From: Chloroflexota bacterium
Lineage (GTDB): Bacteria > Chloroflexota > Anaerolineae > Anaerolineales > UBA4823
Assembly: GCA_032124675.1 (NCBI GenBank)
Contig: JAQBDA010000049.1
Location: 1 to 62,685 of the forward strand
Length of the DNA stretch: 62,685 nt
Direction of reading: 5' to 3'
The notes below the pieces were generated by a model. The model saw only the letters and a list, made by a program, of their open reading frames with translations. It was not told the origin of the DNA and did no database searches. This document shows, piece by piece, positions 17,114 through 28,200 of this stretch. The position numbers were made by a program, and so were the translations under genes. Each line of letters starts with the position of its first letter. Within the stretch, counting starts at the first letter, position 1.

Positions 17114-19504
17114 ATGACCCAAATACACACGAACAAAAGATTCACACTGCTGACCCTGATCATTATCGTCAGCGTCTTGCTGAGCGCCTGTTCTCTGCGC
17201 AGGTCCGCTCCCACAGAAACCCCGGAGCCCACTACGCCACCTGAGGCCGAAGCTGCTGAAGCTCTCCAGCCTATCAGCCAGGCCGAGCTGGTCGGGGAGA
17301 CCTGGCAGTGGGTCGGCCTGCGGGAAACATCCCCGGCTGCCCAATCGTTGGTGCCGGACCCGGAAAACTACACCTTGACTTTCAATGACGATGGCATGGT
17401 GAGCATCAAGGCCGACTGCAACGTCGCCAGCGGCAGCTACGAGCTATCCGGCGACTCGCTCACCATCAGCCTCGGCCCGACCACCCTGGCAGAATGCGGC
17501 CCCGAGTCTTCCTACAACCAGTTCATGTCGCTGCTGGGGCAGGTCTCCGGTGCAGGCACCGGCTATGGCAGCCTGGTGCTCACCCTGGCCGACGACGCCG
17601 GGGAGATGTTCTTCCAGCGCGCAACCGCCGCCACTCAGAGCGCAGGTCTAGAAACAGTGACCCAGGAAGATATCGTCGATATCCTCTGGCAGTGGACCAG
17701 CCTTATCGAGACCATGCCAGCCTCCCAATCGATGGTGGCGGACTCCGAGAATTACAACCTGGTCTTCAAGGATGACGGCACCTTCAACGCCAAAGCGGAC
17801 TGCAACGTCCTCCAGGGTAGCTACGAGCTGCTGGGAGCGCAGCTGAGCCTGGTTCTTGGCCCGACCACACTGGCCGAATGCGGTCCTGACTCTTCCTACG
17901 ACCTGTACGTCAACCTGCTGGGGCGGGTCGCCGGCGTGGGCAGCCGGGAGGGCGTGCTGGTGCTGGTGCTGGATGAAGACGCCGGCATCATGAACTTCGA
18001 GAACAAAGGCGAAGCCCCCGTGGCTGCGGAAGCGCAGACCATCGAAGGCGACCCGGCCCTGGTCCTGGGTCCGCCGGATGGCACGGAAGACTTCAACAAC
18101 GAGCAGCACTGGACCACCTTCGATAATGCCTGCTTCAAGACCGAGATCACTGGCGGGCAGTTCGTGATGACCGCCAAAGGTCTGGCAGGTTCCCCCTGCT
18201 GGGAGGTCACCTGGCCGCAGCTGGACAACTTCTACCTGGAGACCACTTTCTTCATGCCCGAGACCTGCGACGTGCAGGACCGCTTCGGCTTCCTGTTCCG
18301 CGCGCCGGACAACAACAGCGGCTATCTGTACGGCTTTGACTGCGGCGGTAATTACAGCCTTTCCGTCTGGGATGGGCAGGCGACCACCGTCATCGTGCCG
18401 CCCACGCAGAGCGCGGCCATCCTGACCACGCCCGGACAGGTTAACCGCATGGGCTTGCTGGCCTTCGGCGAGAATATCTCACTGTACGCCAACGGCGTGT
18501 ACCTGGAGACCGTGGCCGACTACACCTTCCTGGAGGAGGGCAAGATCGGCTACTTCGTGCGCGTCGCCACCGATCAACCCTTCACGGTACGCTACGACCA
18601 GCTGCGTATCTGGGTGCTGGAGGATGAATTCTACCCGCCGACGGCAACGCAACCGCTGCCGCCTGTGGATATCCCCGACCCGGCTCCCGACGTCCCCACC
18701 GGCGAGGCGCGCGTCAACGTGAACGTGCGCACCGGACCGAGCATGCTCTTCCCGGTGATCGGTGTGGCACAGCAGGGCGATACCGGAGAGGTGATGGGCA
18801 CCAGCCCGGATGGATTCTGGTACGCGGTCAAGGTTCCCACGACTGTGGTTGGCACGGGCATCGCCTGGGTGGCTGCGGACTATGTGACCCTGACCAACCC
18901 GACCAACCAGCCGCTGCCGGTGATCACTCCACCGCTGCTTCCCTCCGCTGTGAACTTCCCACCACCACCGCAGTTCGCCCCGCAGGTGACCATGCGCGAG
19001 CCGGCTACGATACGCAGCGGGCCGACCGTCGAGTTCCCCGTGTATGGCGTCGCGCCCACCGGCGCGAGAGCCGAAGTGATCGGGCAGAGCCAGGACGGTG
19101 AATGGTGGGCCTTACGTATGCCAACCAGCCTGTCCAACGACGGGCTTGGCTGGGTGCCGAAGGCTTATACCTTCCCCAGCAATACCAGCAGCGTGCCCGT
19201 AGTGGCTACCCCGAAACTTCCGAGCAGCATCACCCCGGCTGCCCCAGGTTCGGGAGCGCCATCCCTGATTACCATCGAACCGCTCAACGTGCGCACCGGG
19301 CCTGGGAACGAATATCCCAGCCTGGGTCAGGTGCCCAGAGGAGCTATCCTGGGAGTGGTCGGAGTCAGCCCGGACCGCGAGCACTACGTGGTGAACATCC
19401 CCACCGAGATCGACCGCAGCGGTCGCGGTTGGGTGCCGGCGCGTTTTGTCAACGCTGTAAACGTGTCCAATGTACCGGTCATCCAACCACCACCGGCACC
19501 GTAA
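17114..19504 (+). CDS. Lipoprotein with two META domains, a beta-sandwich domain and three SH3b domains
   Basis: Lipobox LLSAC; twice W.W...Y.L.F.DDG....KADCN...G.Y...LGPTTLAECG; three (N/T)(V/I)R(T/S)GP SH3b repeats; AAGGAGG RBS. Confidence 0.85.
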   Translation: MTQIHTNKRFTLLTLIIIVSVLLSACSLRRSAPTETPEPTTPPEAEAAEALQPISQAELVGETWQWVGLRETSPAAQSLVPDPENYTLTFNDDGMVSIKADCNVASGSYELSGDSLTISLGPTTLAECGPESSYNQFMSLLGQVSGAGTGYGSLVLTLADDAGEMFFQRATAATQSAGLETVTQEDIVDILWQWTSLIETMPASQSMVADSENYNLVFKDDGTFNAKADCNVLQGSYELLGAQLSLVLGPTTLAECGPDSSYDLYVNLLGRVAGVGSREGVLVLVLDEDAGIMNFENKGEAPVAAEAQTIEGDPALVLGPPDGTEDFNNEQHWTTFDNACFKTEITGGQFVMTAKGLAGSPCWEVTWPQLDNFYLETTFFMPETCDVQDRFGFLFRAPDNNSGYLYGFDCGGNYSLSVWDGQATTVIVPPTQSAAILTTPGQVNRMGLLAFGENISLYANGVYLETVADYTFLEEGKIGYFVRVATDQPFTVRYDQLRIWVLEDEFYPPTATQPLPPVDIPDPAPDVPTGEARVNVNVRTGPSMLFPVIGVAQQGDTGEVMGTSPDGFWYAVKVPTTVVGTGIAWVAADYVTLTNPTNQPLPVITPPLLPSAVNFPPPPQFAPQVTMREPATIRSGPTVEFPVYGVAPTGARAEVIGQSQDGEWWALRMPTSLSNDGLGWVPKAYTFPSNTSSVPVVATPKLPSSITPAAPGSGAPSLITIEPLNVRTGPGNEYPSLGQVPRGAILGVVGVSPDREHYVVNIPTEIDRSGRGWVPARFVNAVNVSNVPVIQPPPAP

Positions 19505-19524
19505 AAGAATTATCAAGAAATGAT

Positions 19525-19551
19525 GGGGCTGGCCAGACTTAGGCCAGCCCC
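19525..19551 (+). terminator. Hairpin after the META/SH3 gene
   Basis: GGGGCTGGCC-AGACTTA-GGCCAGCCCC, 10-bp perfect stem; no clear U tract. Confidence 0.55.
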
Positions 19552-19630
19552 TCAAATACCGATTCCTCCGGTGGTGAGCTTCTTGTGTAGAAAACCAACA
19601 AATCCAGCCAGGAATTAAGATCACCGGATT

Positions 19631-22323
19631 ATGGAGCAGACCGACCCCATCATCCAAACCAAATTGCACCGGCCACCCCTCCCCAGGGATCTGGTAGCAA
19701 GACCACGCCTTTCGGAACTACTCGCCGCCCATACTTCACCCCCGCTGATATTGATTTCTGCCCCAGCAGGCTACGGCAAGAGCACCCTGGCTAAGTGCCT
19801 GGTGGAAGCATTCGATTGCCCGTCGACCTGGATTTCGCTGGATGAACATGATGACGATTTGGTCATATTCCTGGGTTATTTCCTGTCAGCGATCCAACTC
19901 ATCCACCCTGGTATCGGAGGAGAAACCAGCGCATTACTCAAAGTATCTCCTCTACCGCCACTCCGTACCCTTACGACCAGCCTGATCAACGAGCTCGACC
20001 AGATCGAGGGGAAATACCTGTTAGTGCTGGATGATTACCATTGCATCCATGAGGCCTCGATACACCAGTTATTGGATCAACTCCTGCTCCATCCACCGCT
20101 CAACTTTCAACTGATTTTGTCCACACGACTGGATCCACTCTTGTCACTAACCAAACTGCGCGCGCATGCCGATGTCGTTGAATTTCGAGCCGAGGATCTG
20201 CGCTTCTCTATTCAAGAAACCAGGCAGCTCTTAAAGAAAATCTCGGAGTTGAAGTTGATGAAGCGACGATAATTACCCTGGAGGAGCAAACCGAAGGCTG
20301 GGTTACTGGTCTGCGCCTGGCCACACTGGCAATGCGCCACCGGGTAGGCAGAGAGCGCATCTAGGACCTTTCCGTCAGCAATCGCTATGTGGTTGAATAT
20401 CTGATCCAAGAAATACTCTCTCAGCAGGGAGAGATTTACTCTACCTGTATGTTGAAATTGTCAGTCCTGGATAGATTTAATGCGGAATTATGTCAGGCTT
20501 TATGCTTTGAAAAAGAAAGTGAAGTGGGGATTGGGCCAGGCAGCGGCAAAGATTTCCTGGACTGGCTGGAAGCCTCGAATTTATTTGTTATCTCCCTCGA
20601 TGATCAGCGTCGCTGGTTCCGCTTCCACCATTTATTTCGCCAGTTCTTGCGAGATAAATTGATGCGCAAGGTTTCTATCGAAGCTGTTTCCGAACTACAT
20701 ACTCGCCCAAGCGTTTGGTTTGAAAAACACAACCTATTCGATGAAGCTCTGCAGTATGCCTTTGAAGCCCATGATATTGATCACGCAGTTCGCCTGGTCT
20801 CCCAGCAGCGTTATGCTTTGATGAACAATGCCCAATGGCAGCAAATCGCAAGATACTTGAAGCTATTCCCACCCGGAATTGTTGAACATTCTCCGGAACT
20901 GCTGATGTTAAAAGCCTGGCTGAGCTACCATCATGGAAATTGGGATGAGATTCCTGCTGCGATTAGCGCGATTGATAATCTTGTTGAGCAGACAGCCCTG
21001 TCCTCTGAGGATTTAGGCTACCTGCAGGGTGAGATCAGCGCCCTGCGCAGTCTGATGAGCATTCTGGCAGTTGATCCAGAAAATAACATTCTGCATGCTG
21101 AGAAGTCTATCGCAACCACAGCTCCGGAACTATGGATTGTACGGGTCCTGGCCCGGGCATGCCTCTCAGGGGCATGGCAGATGGGTGGTGATTTACGCGA
21201 GGCGTATCGGGCTGCCTATGAAAGCTTGGAAAGTGAGCCTGTGATAACAGATCATGCCAGGGCACTCCTGATCGAACCAGCCTGCAATATTCACTGGATT
21301 GCAGCGGATCTAAATGGGGTGAGCCTGGCAGCAAAACAATGTATCGAATTGAGCCAAAAGGCAAACAACCGGGAAATCCAGGGATTTGGACGGATGCACT
21401 TGGGTACGGCTTCGTATCATCTTAATGACCTTAAATCTGCGGAAGAAAATTTTTCCACGGTTGTACGGAAACCTTACCAGAACTACGGGGAAAATCTGGC
21501 TTACAGTTACTTCGGCCTGGCATTGACTCACCAAGCCCTGGGACGTCCGGATACAGCGCTGCAGGTTTCCGATCAGGCGCTGAATTTTTTCCTGGAAAGC
21601 GGCAATATCACTTTGCTGTCGCTTGCCCAGGCATTTCAGGCGGAAATTACTTTGAGGCAAGGACAAACATCTAGAGCAGCTCTCTGGGCTGACCAATTCA
21701 TTGCACCCCCACCTCTGAGACCTCTATACCGGATCTATACCCCCCATTTGACGCTGGTCAAGGTATGGCTGGCCCAAAATACACCTACCAGCCGACTGAA
21801 AGCCGCCGAACTGTTGGATAAATTATATTCATTTCTGGTATCAACACATAACTCCCAGTTCACAATCGAAGTGCTAATTTTACAGGCCCTGCTGGCAGAA
21901 GCGAATGGGAAGAGAAAATCAGCGCTCGAATTGCTGGTGCAGGCGCTCGAGCTCGCCGAGCCTACCGGGAATATTCGCGTTTTCATAGATCACGGCGACC
22001 CAATCATCACCCTGCTCCGCGAGCTCCACGAGCAGGGTGTGAACCAGGCATATATCGCCCGACTCATGGAGGCTGCCCAGCCGGCAGAGAGCACTCGACC
22101 AAGGGTCCGCCAGTCAGCTCTGGTTGAACCCCTGACCAACCGCGAGCTGGAAGTTTTAGCCCTGCTTGCTGAGCGGAAGACGGACAAAGAGATTGCCTCA
22201 TCGCTGGGGATTAGTCTGGGAACAGTGCGGCAGCACTCCCATAACCTGTACCAGAAGCTTGAAGTCAGCAACCGTCGTGAAGCTGTTGCCAGAGCTTATG
22301 AGCTGGGTTTGCTCTCTGGATGA
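19631..22323 (+). pseudogene. MalT-like LuxR-family STAND transcriptional regulator, disrupted
   Basis: IQTKLHRP, SAPAGYGKST, LVLDDYH, then a frameshift near 20233-20241. The conserved EQTEGWVTGLRLA continues in the new frame but hits TAG at 20362-20364. C-terminal EPLTNRELEVL...HNLYQKLEV LuxR HTH. Confidence 0.88.
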
Positions 22324-22439
22324 GCCGGGTAGCCATCTGCTTATCGCTTTAACCCCTGGCCAATCATCAGGCCGAAACTGCTAGCAGCCTCCTGCCCGTG
22401 GCCTCCGGCAAAGGGTCTTGTAGTGCCCTCCAGTTTTCT

Positions 22440-22456
22440 ATAACAAATCCATAACA
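22440..22456 (+). promoter_or_regulatory. ATAACA direct repeat with 11-bp period; candidate operator
   Basis: ATAACA at 22440-22445 and 22451-22456, between the LuxR gene and the downstream lipoprotein start. Confidence 0.4.
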
Positions 22457-22540
22457 TTTCGCCGGTTGCGGTTTGGCAGTTTTCCTGTATGCTGAATAGT
22501 ATGAGTATTGTTTGATCTATTGAGATATCAGGAGGAGTAT

Positions 22541-23949
22541 ATGTCAAAACAACACCGAAAACAAACCAGCCTGGTTCTGGCATTTATGCTTGCTCTCAGC
22601 ATCCTGCTCGCTGCGTGCAGCTCACCCGCGCCTGCACCAACAGCTACTCCCGCACCTACCCCGGTCCCTGAGCCGCTCCTGGAAACTATGAGCCAGGCGG
22701 AGCTGGTTGGGGAGACCTGGCAGTGGGTGGGCTTGCGGGAGACCATACCAGCATCCCAATCCTTAATCCCGGATTCGGAGAACTACACCCTGACCTTCAA
22801 TGACGACGGCACCGTAAACATCAAAGCTGACTGCAATGTCGCCATAGGCACCTACCAGCTTTCCGGTGACCAGCTGACCATCAGCATGGGTCCAACCACC
22901 CTGGCGGAGTGCGGGCCGGAGTCTTCCTATACCCAGTTCCTTACCCTGCTCGAGCAGGCTGCCGGTGTCGGGATGGGCTACGGCAACCTGGTGATCACTC
23001 TGGCAAACGACGCTGGGGAGATGTTCTTCCAGCGCGCTACGACCAGCTGCGCCTCTGGGCGCTGGAGGATGAATTCTATCCACCAACCGCGACCCAGCCG
23101 CTGCCGCCGGTGGACCTCCCAGAACCACCTTCGAATGTGCCTGTGGGAGAAGCACGGGGCAACGTGAACGTGCGCACCGGTCCGAGCATGCTCTTCCCGG
23201 TGATCGGTGTGGCAGAGCAAGGCGACACCGGTGAGGTCTTGGGAACCAGCCCGGACGGCTACTGGTATGCGGTCAAGGTGCCTACAACACTGGTCGGCAC
23301 GGGTACAGCATGGTCGGCCGCGGCTTATGTCACTCTAAGCAACCCGACCGGTCAGCCGCTATCGGTGATCACACCGCCGCTGCTGCCGCCGCTGGTCAAC
23401 TTCCCCGTCCCCCCGGCGAACGCACCGCAGGTCACCATGCTGGAAGCAGCCACCCTGCGCAGCGGCCCGACCCTGGAGTTCCCGGTGTTCGGCGTCGCGC
23501 CAACCGGTGCCAGGGCTGAAGTGCTCGGGCGGAGCGAAGATGATGAATGGTGGGCAGTGCGCATGCCGACATCGATTGCCAAGGATGGCATCGGTTGGGT
23601 GCCGAAGCTGTATACTATGGCTTCGAATGCTGGCAATGTGCCGGTGATCAAGACCCCCGATCTGCCAAGCGGCATCACGCCTGCAGCACCAGCCTCCGGG
23701 GCTCCCGCATTGATCACTATAGAGCCGCTCAATGTCCGCACCGGGCCGGGCAACGAATACACCAGCCTGGGTCAGATCCCCCGGGGAGCCATCCTGGGAG
23801 TGATCGGGGTCAGTCCGGATGGCGAGCATTACGTTGTGAACATCCCCCAATCGATCGATCAAAGCGGACAGGGATGGGTGCCGGTCCGCTATGTGAGCGC
23901 CGAGAACACTTCGAACGTACCGGTCTTCCAGCCGCCACCGCTTCCATAA
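22541..23949 (+). pseudogene. Paralog of the META/SH3 lipoprotein with an out-of-frame internal deletion
   Basis: ATG 22541 with GGAGGAG RBS and LLAAC lipobox. Matches copy 1 up to TTCCAGCGCGC, then jumps to TACGACCAGCTGCG (junction 23037/23038). The missing part corresponds to 17623-18592 (970 bp) of copy 1. Confidence 0.88.
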
Positions 23950-23950
23950 T

Positions 23951-24250
23951 CGTTACGATTTCGAGCCGAGCGGCCCGCCCGACTCCCACTACGGCGAAGG
24001 CGCACCCGAACGCGGCCAGCTATACGTAAATGGCAGCGTGGTGGGCAACAACGAGTCGCCCACCACGCTGCCGATCACATTCAGCATCGAAGGCCTGAGC
24101 TGCGGCTATGACTTTGGCGAGGCGGTGACCCACGATTATCATACTCCCTTCGCATTCACCGGGTTGATTAAACAGGTGACCGTAGATCTGTCTGGCGAGC
24201 TCATTGAGGGCGATGAATCCAGAGTACGCATGCTGATGGCTCGACAGTAG
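23951..24250 (+). pseudogene. C-terminal remnant of an arylsulfatase
   Basis: Reads RYDFEPSGPPDSHYGEGAPERGQLYVNG...FSIEGLSCGYDFGEAVTHDYHTPFAFTGLIKQVTVDLSG...LMARQ*, which I recognise as the tail of long arylsulfatases. No start codon or catalytic domain. Confidence 0.75.
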
Positions 24251-24302
24251 CAGGTAAAAGTCAAAGGCAGCCACACTTCAGGGCTTGCTGCAGCGTAAGA
24301 AG

Positions 24303-24339
24303 TGGGGTGTTTTTCGGTCGAAGCTCGAAGAACACCCCA
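24303..24339 (+). terminator. Hairpin after the arylsulfatase remnant
   Basis: TGGGGTGTTTTTCG...CGAAGAACACCCCA. Confidence 0.45.
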
Positions 24340-24407
24340 TAGACACACATGCCGGGGTCCAAGCCCCATTCGCACAAGCATCTGATTTCCACGGAGGGAC
24401 AAAGTTC

Positions 24408-25055
24408 ATGAATCTGGAAAACATCGACTTCTATCAAATCTTCGATATGTTCATGCTGCTCCTGATCGGCATGGGGCCTAAGATCGCCCTGGTGCCTTTC
24501 ATCGATCTGACCAAGGATCTGGATGGAGAGGCAAAACGCAAAGTGGCCCAGCAGATGGTGCGCACAGGTGTTGGCACCGCGCTGCTGCTTGTTTTCCTGG
24601 GATGGTTCTTAATGCGGTTGCTGCACTTCACACCAGGTGCAGCCAACATCGCTGGTGGGGTCGTGCTTTTGCTTCTAGCTTTACACATGCTGGTTAGCCC
24701 TGGCAAAGAGGACCACCACGAGAAAGCCAGCGGTCGCGACCTGATGCAGAAGGCTTTATACCCGCTGGCGGTGCCCTACCTGCTCAATCCTGCTGGGATT
24801 GCTGCGCTGGTAATCGCCTCCAGCGATATCAATTCGGTGCTGTACCTGGTCATCCTGGTGGGACTGGTCCTGCTGGTAGGAGCGCTGGACTGGCTGGTTT
24901 TTAGAAATATGGACAAACTGGCCAGGCACCTCGATCCCTCCAGGCTGGCGGTGACCGAGGCGATCTTTGGCGTGCTGCTGGCCGCGCTGGCGGTGCAGCT
25001 CATGGTGGATGGACTGGCCGAGCTGGGCATCATCGCGTCAGTCCTTGGACATTAG
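24408..25055 (+). CDS. MarC family membrane protein
   Basis: Six hydrophobic segments, IAGGVVLLLLAL, YPLAVPYLLNPAGIAA, IFGVLLAALAVQLMVDG. GGAGG RBS before ATG 24408. Confidence 0.85.
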   Translation: MNLENIDFYQIFDMFMLLLIGMGPKIALVPFIDLTKDLDGEAKRKVAQQMVRTGVGTALLLVFLGWFLMRLLHFTPGAANIAGGVVLLLLALHMLVSPGKEDHHEKASGRDLMQKALYPLAVPYLLNPAGIAALVIASSDINSVLYLVILVGLVLLVGALDWLVFRNMDKLARHLDPSRLAVTEAIFGVLLAALAVQLMVDGLAELGIIASVLGH

Positions 25056-25121
25056 AGCTGAAATGGGGATTTATGCCAGGGGCTGCCAAAATCGCCCTCG
25101 AATAGTCCAGAATCTGAACCG

Positions 25122-25158
25122 CTTGCAGCTTGCAAGATTGCAAGCTGCAAGATAAAAT
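25122..25158 (+). promoter_or_regulatory. Promoter overlapped by a 30-bp palindrome (candidate operator) upstream of the nuclease gene
   Basis: CTTGCAGCTTGCAA-GA-TTGCAAGCTGCAAG (25122-25151); TTGCAA(25130-25135), 17 nt spacer, TAAAAT(25153-25158). Confidence 0.6.
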
Positions 25159-25239
25159 AAGCTCAGGCAGGGTGGTCAGGTGGATAAACCGCAGACTTCC
25201 CTTTACTCACAACCAATTGATATGAGCAAGGAGGGATTA

Positions 25240-28200
25240 GTGAATACGAAATTTGGTACTTTAATATGGCGTAATTTGGTCAGTATAGTCTCCATCTTGG
25301 TGCTGCTTGCTAGTATATTGGGTAGTTTCCAGTCCGCCCAGGCGGTTTCACCAAACATCGTCATCAGTCAGGTTTATGGCGGCGGCGGGAACAGCGGTGC
25401 AACATACACAAACGATTTTATCGAGCTGTTCAATAGAGGCGCTACCCCTGTTTCGTTGACGGGATGGTCAGTGCAATATGCATCTTCGACTGGGTCCACA
25501 TGGCAGGTAACCACCCTCTCTGGCACAGTTCAACCAGGACAGTACTATCTGGTCCAGGAAGCCGCAGGTGGAGGTGGTACTACTCCATTACCGACACCTG
25601 ATGCATCAGGTTCCATTGCCATGAGTGGTTCAAACGGCAAAGTAGTGGTAGCAAACACAGCTTCTGCATTAAGTGGCTCTAACCCTGCTGATGCAAGTAT
25701 TGTGGATGTGGTTGGATATGGCTCTGCCAATTTCTTTGAAGGCAGTGGTGCAGCTCCTGGATTGAGCAACACCACAGCCGATTCCCGTGCGGCAAATGGC
25801 TGTACGGATACGGACGATAATTCGGCGGACTTTACGGCTGGTGCACCTGCACCACGCAATACTACATCGCCGCTTAATCCGTGTGTTGCCAGTACTCCAG
25901 AAGTTATCATCACTGAGATCATGTACGATCCCAACAGTGCTGAAGATAATTGGGAGTGGATTGAAATCTATAACGCAGGCACCGCTACTGCTGATCTCAC
26001 AGGCTATGTAGTGGACGACTTCAATTCAGTTGCGCTCAGTTCTGCAAATATCGCCGGCGGCACACTGGCAGCAGGTGAGCAGGCAGTTCTCTACAACGCA
26101 GACGATGTTACTGCAAGCGACTTCGTGGCAGCGTGGGGTAGCGTAAATTTAATTCCAGTAACTAGCTGGTCGTCTTTAGCATTGAATAATACCGGTGACC
26201 AGATCAGTTTGTGGGACAGTTTTGCCAGTTACTCCGGCGACAATGTAGCACATGCTAATGCAATTGACACCGTTAATTATGCCGGTGCTGGCTTCCCCGA
26301 CCCGGTTGGCGCATCAATTTATCTGACCGATTTGAGCGCGGATAACAATGTTGGTTCTAATTGGGCGACAAGCACGGATGGCGGGGCTACACCTCTCTTC
26401 ACAGGTTACACCAGTGCAGCGGCCGGCGGCAATGTGGGGACGGATATCGGTTCACCAGGGATGCCTATAGTAGTTATCAACGTAGTTATTAACGAGATCA
26501 TGCAGAACCCGGCTATTGTTGCTGATAGTGCCGGTGAGTGGTTCGAGTTGTATAACGCAGGCAGCGGCGCAGTTGATGTAAACGGTTGGACCATTGCCGA
26601 CGCCGGTTCTGACAGCCACGTGATCAACAATGGTGGACCTTTGCTTATTCCTGCAGGTGGTTACCTCTTATTGGGTAATAACACCGATACCGGCACCAAT
26701 GGCGGAACTAATGTTGACTACGGTTATGGAGGAAGTTGGTTCCTCGCAAACGCTGACGACGAAGTGATTCTGCTTGACGGCGGTCTGAATGAAATTGACC
26801 GGGTCGAATATGATGGTGGTCCTGTATTCCCTGACCCGACTGGTGCCTCCATGTCACTTTCTGATCCCACTCTTGATAACAATGACGGTTCGAATTGGTG
26901 CACATCTACAACACCATTTGGCGCTGGAGACTTGGGTACCCCAGGTGCTGCCAATACCTGTGTAGCTCCGGTCGTAACCGTAAAAATTCATGAGGTTCAG
27001 GGGCCTGGCTCTGCAAGCCCCCTGGTTGGACAGACGGTCGCCATTGAAGGTATCGTTGTCGGTGACTTCCAGGATGGAGCCAGCGGCACGAACGGCGATT
27101 TGAATGGCTTCTATGTCCAGGAAGAGGATGCCGATACAGACGCAGACCCACTGACCTCTGAAGGCGTCTTCGTCTTCAATGGAAGTTCACCCAGTGTCGA
27201 TGTTCAGATCGGTGACCTTGTAAAGGTTGAGGGTGTCGTTTCTGAATTCAACGGCTTGACGGAGATCACATCCTTCACTGGCGTTGCGGTGATTAGCAGT
27301 GGTAACCCGCTTCCTACCGCATCAATCCTGTCACTGCCTGCAACAACCGTTACTGATTTTGAAGCCTACGAAGGTATGCTGGTCACCTTCCCGCAGGCGC
27401 TTGTCATTTCGGAATACTTCAACTTCGACCGCTTTGGCGAGATCGTATTGACATCCGAGCGGCATCTGACCCCGACTGCTGAGTTCGAGCCCGGAGCGGA
27501 TGCCATCCAGGCAGCCCAGGATTTCCTGCTCGACAAGATCACGCTGGATGACGGGCGCACGAACCAGAATCCGGACCCGGCCATTCATCCGAATGGAATG
27601 GCTTTCGACCTGACCAACCTGTTCCGCGGCGGCAGTACGGTTGCCAACGTGACAGGCGTGATGGACTATGCCTTTGGCCTGTACCGAATTCAGCCTACAC
27701 AGGGCGCGGACTACACCAATACCAACCCGCGCACAGCTTCTCCTGATCCTGTTGGCGGCACGCTGAAAGTGGCTTCCTTCAATGTATTGAACTACTTCAC
27801 CACATTGGACTATCCCTCCGGTGATCCGTTGGATAATAAGTGTGGTCCCCTGCAAAACCAGGAGTGCCGCGGCGCGGACGCAGATCAACCTGACGAGTTC
27901 ACCCGCCAGCGCGACAAGATCATCGCCGCTCTGACAGAGATCGATGCGGACGTGGTCGGTTTGCTCGAGATCGAGAATAATATCGATGATGACGCGGTCA
28001 TCGACCTCGTCAATGGCTTGAATGCAGTCAATGGCGCTGGCATATATGATTATGTCAGCACCGGCACGATTGGATCGGATGCCATCAAGGTAGCCTTGAT
28101 CTACAAGCCTGCCTCGGTCTCGCTGGTTGGAGGTTATGCCATTCTCGACTCGTCAGTGGACTCTCGCTTCATCGATACCAAGAATCGCCCCACACTGGCA

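Noticed and set aside
20362-20364. Amber read-through (pyrrolysine) in the MalT-like gene
   Set aside because: The gene also has a frameshift just upstream, no pyl genes are in view, and a CAG-to-TAG mutation is the simpler explanation.
23030-23045. Programmed frameshift joining the META and SH3 halves
   Set aside because: No slippery sequence; comparison with the intact paralog shows a deletion junction.
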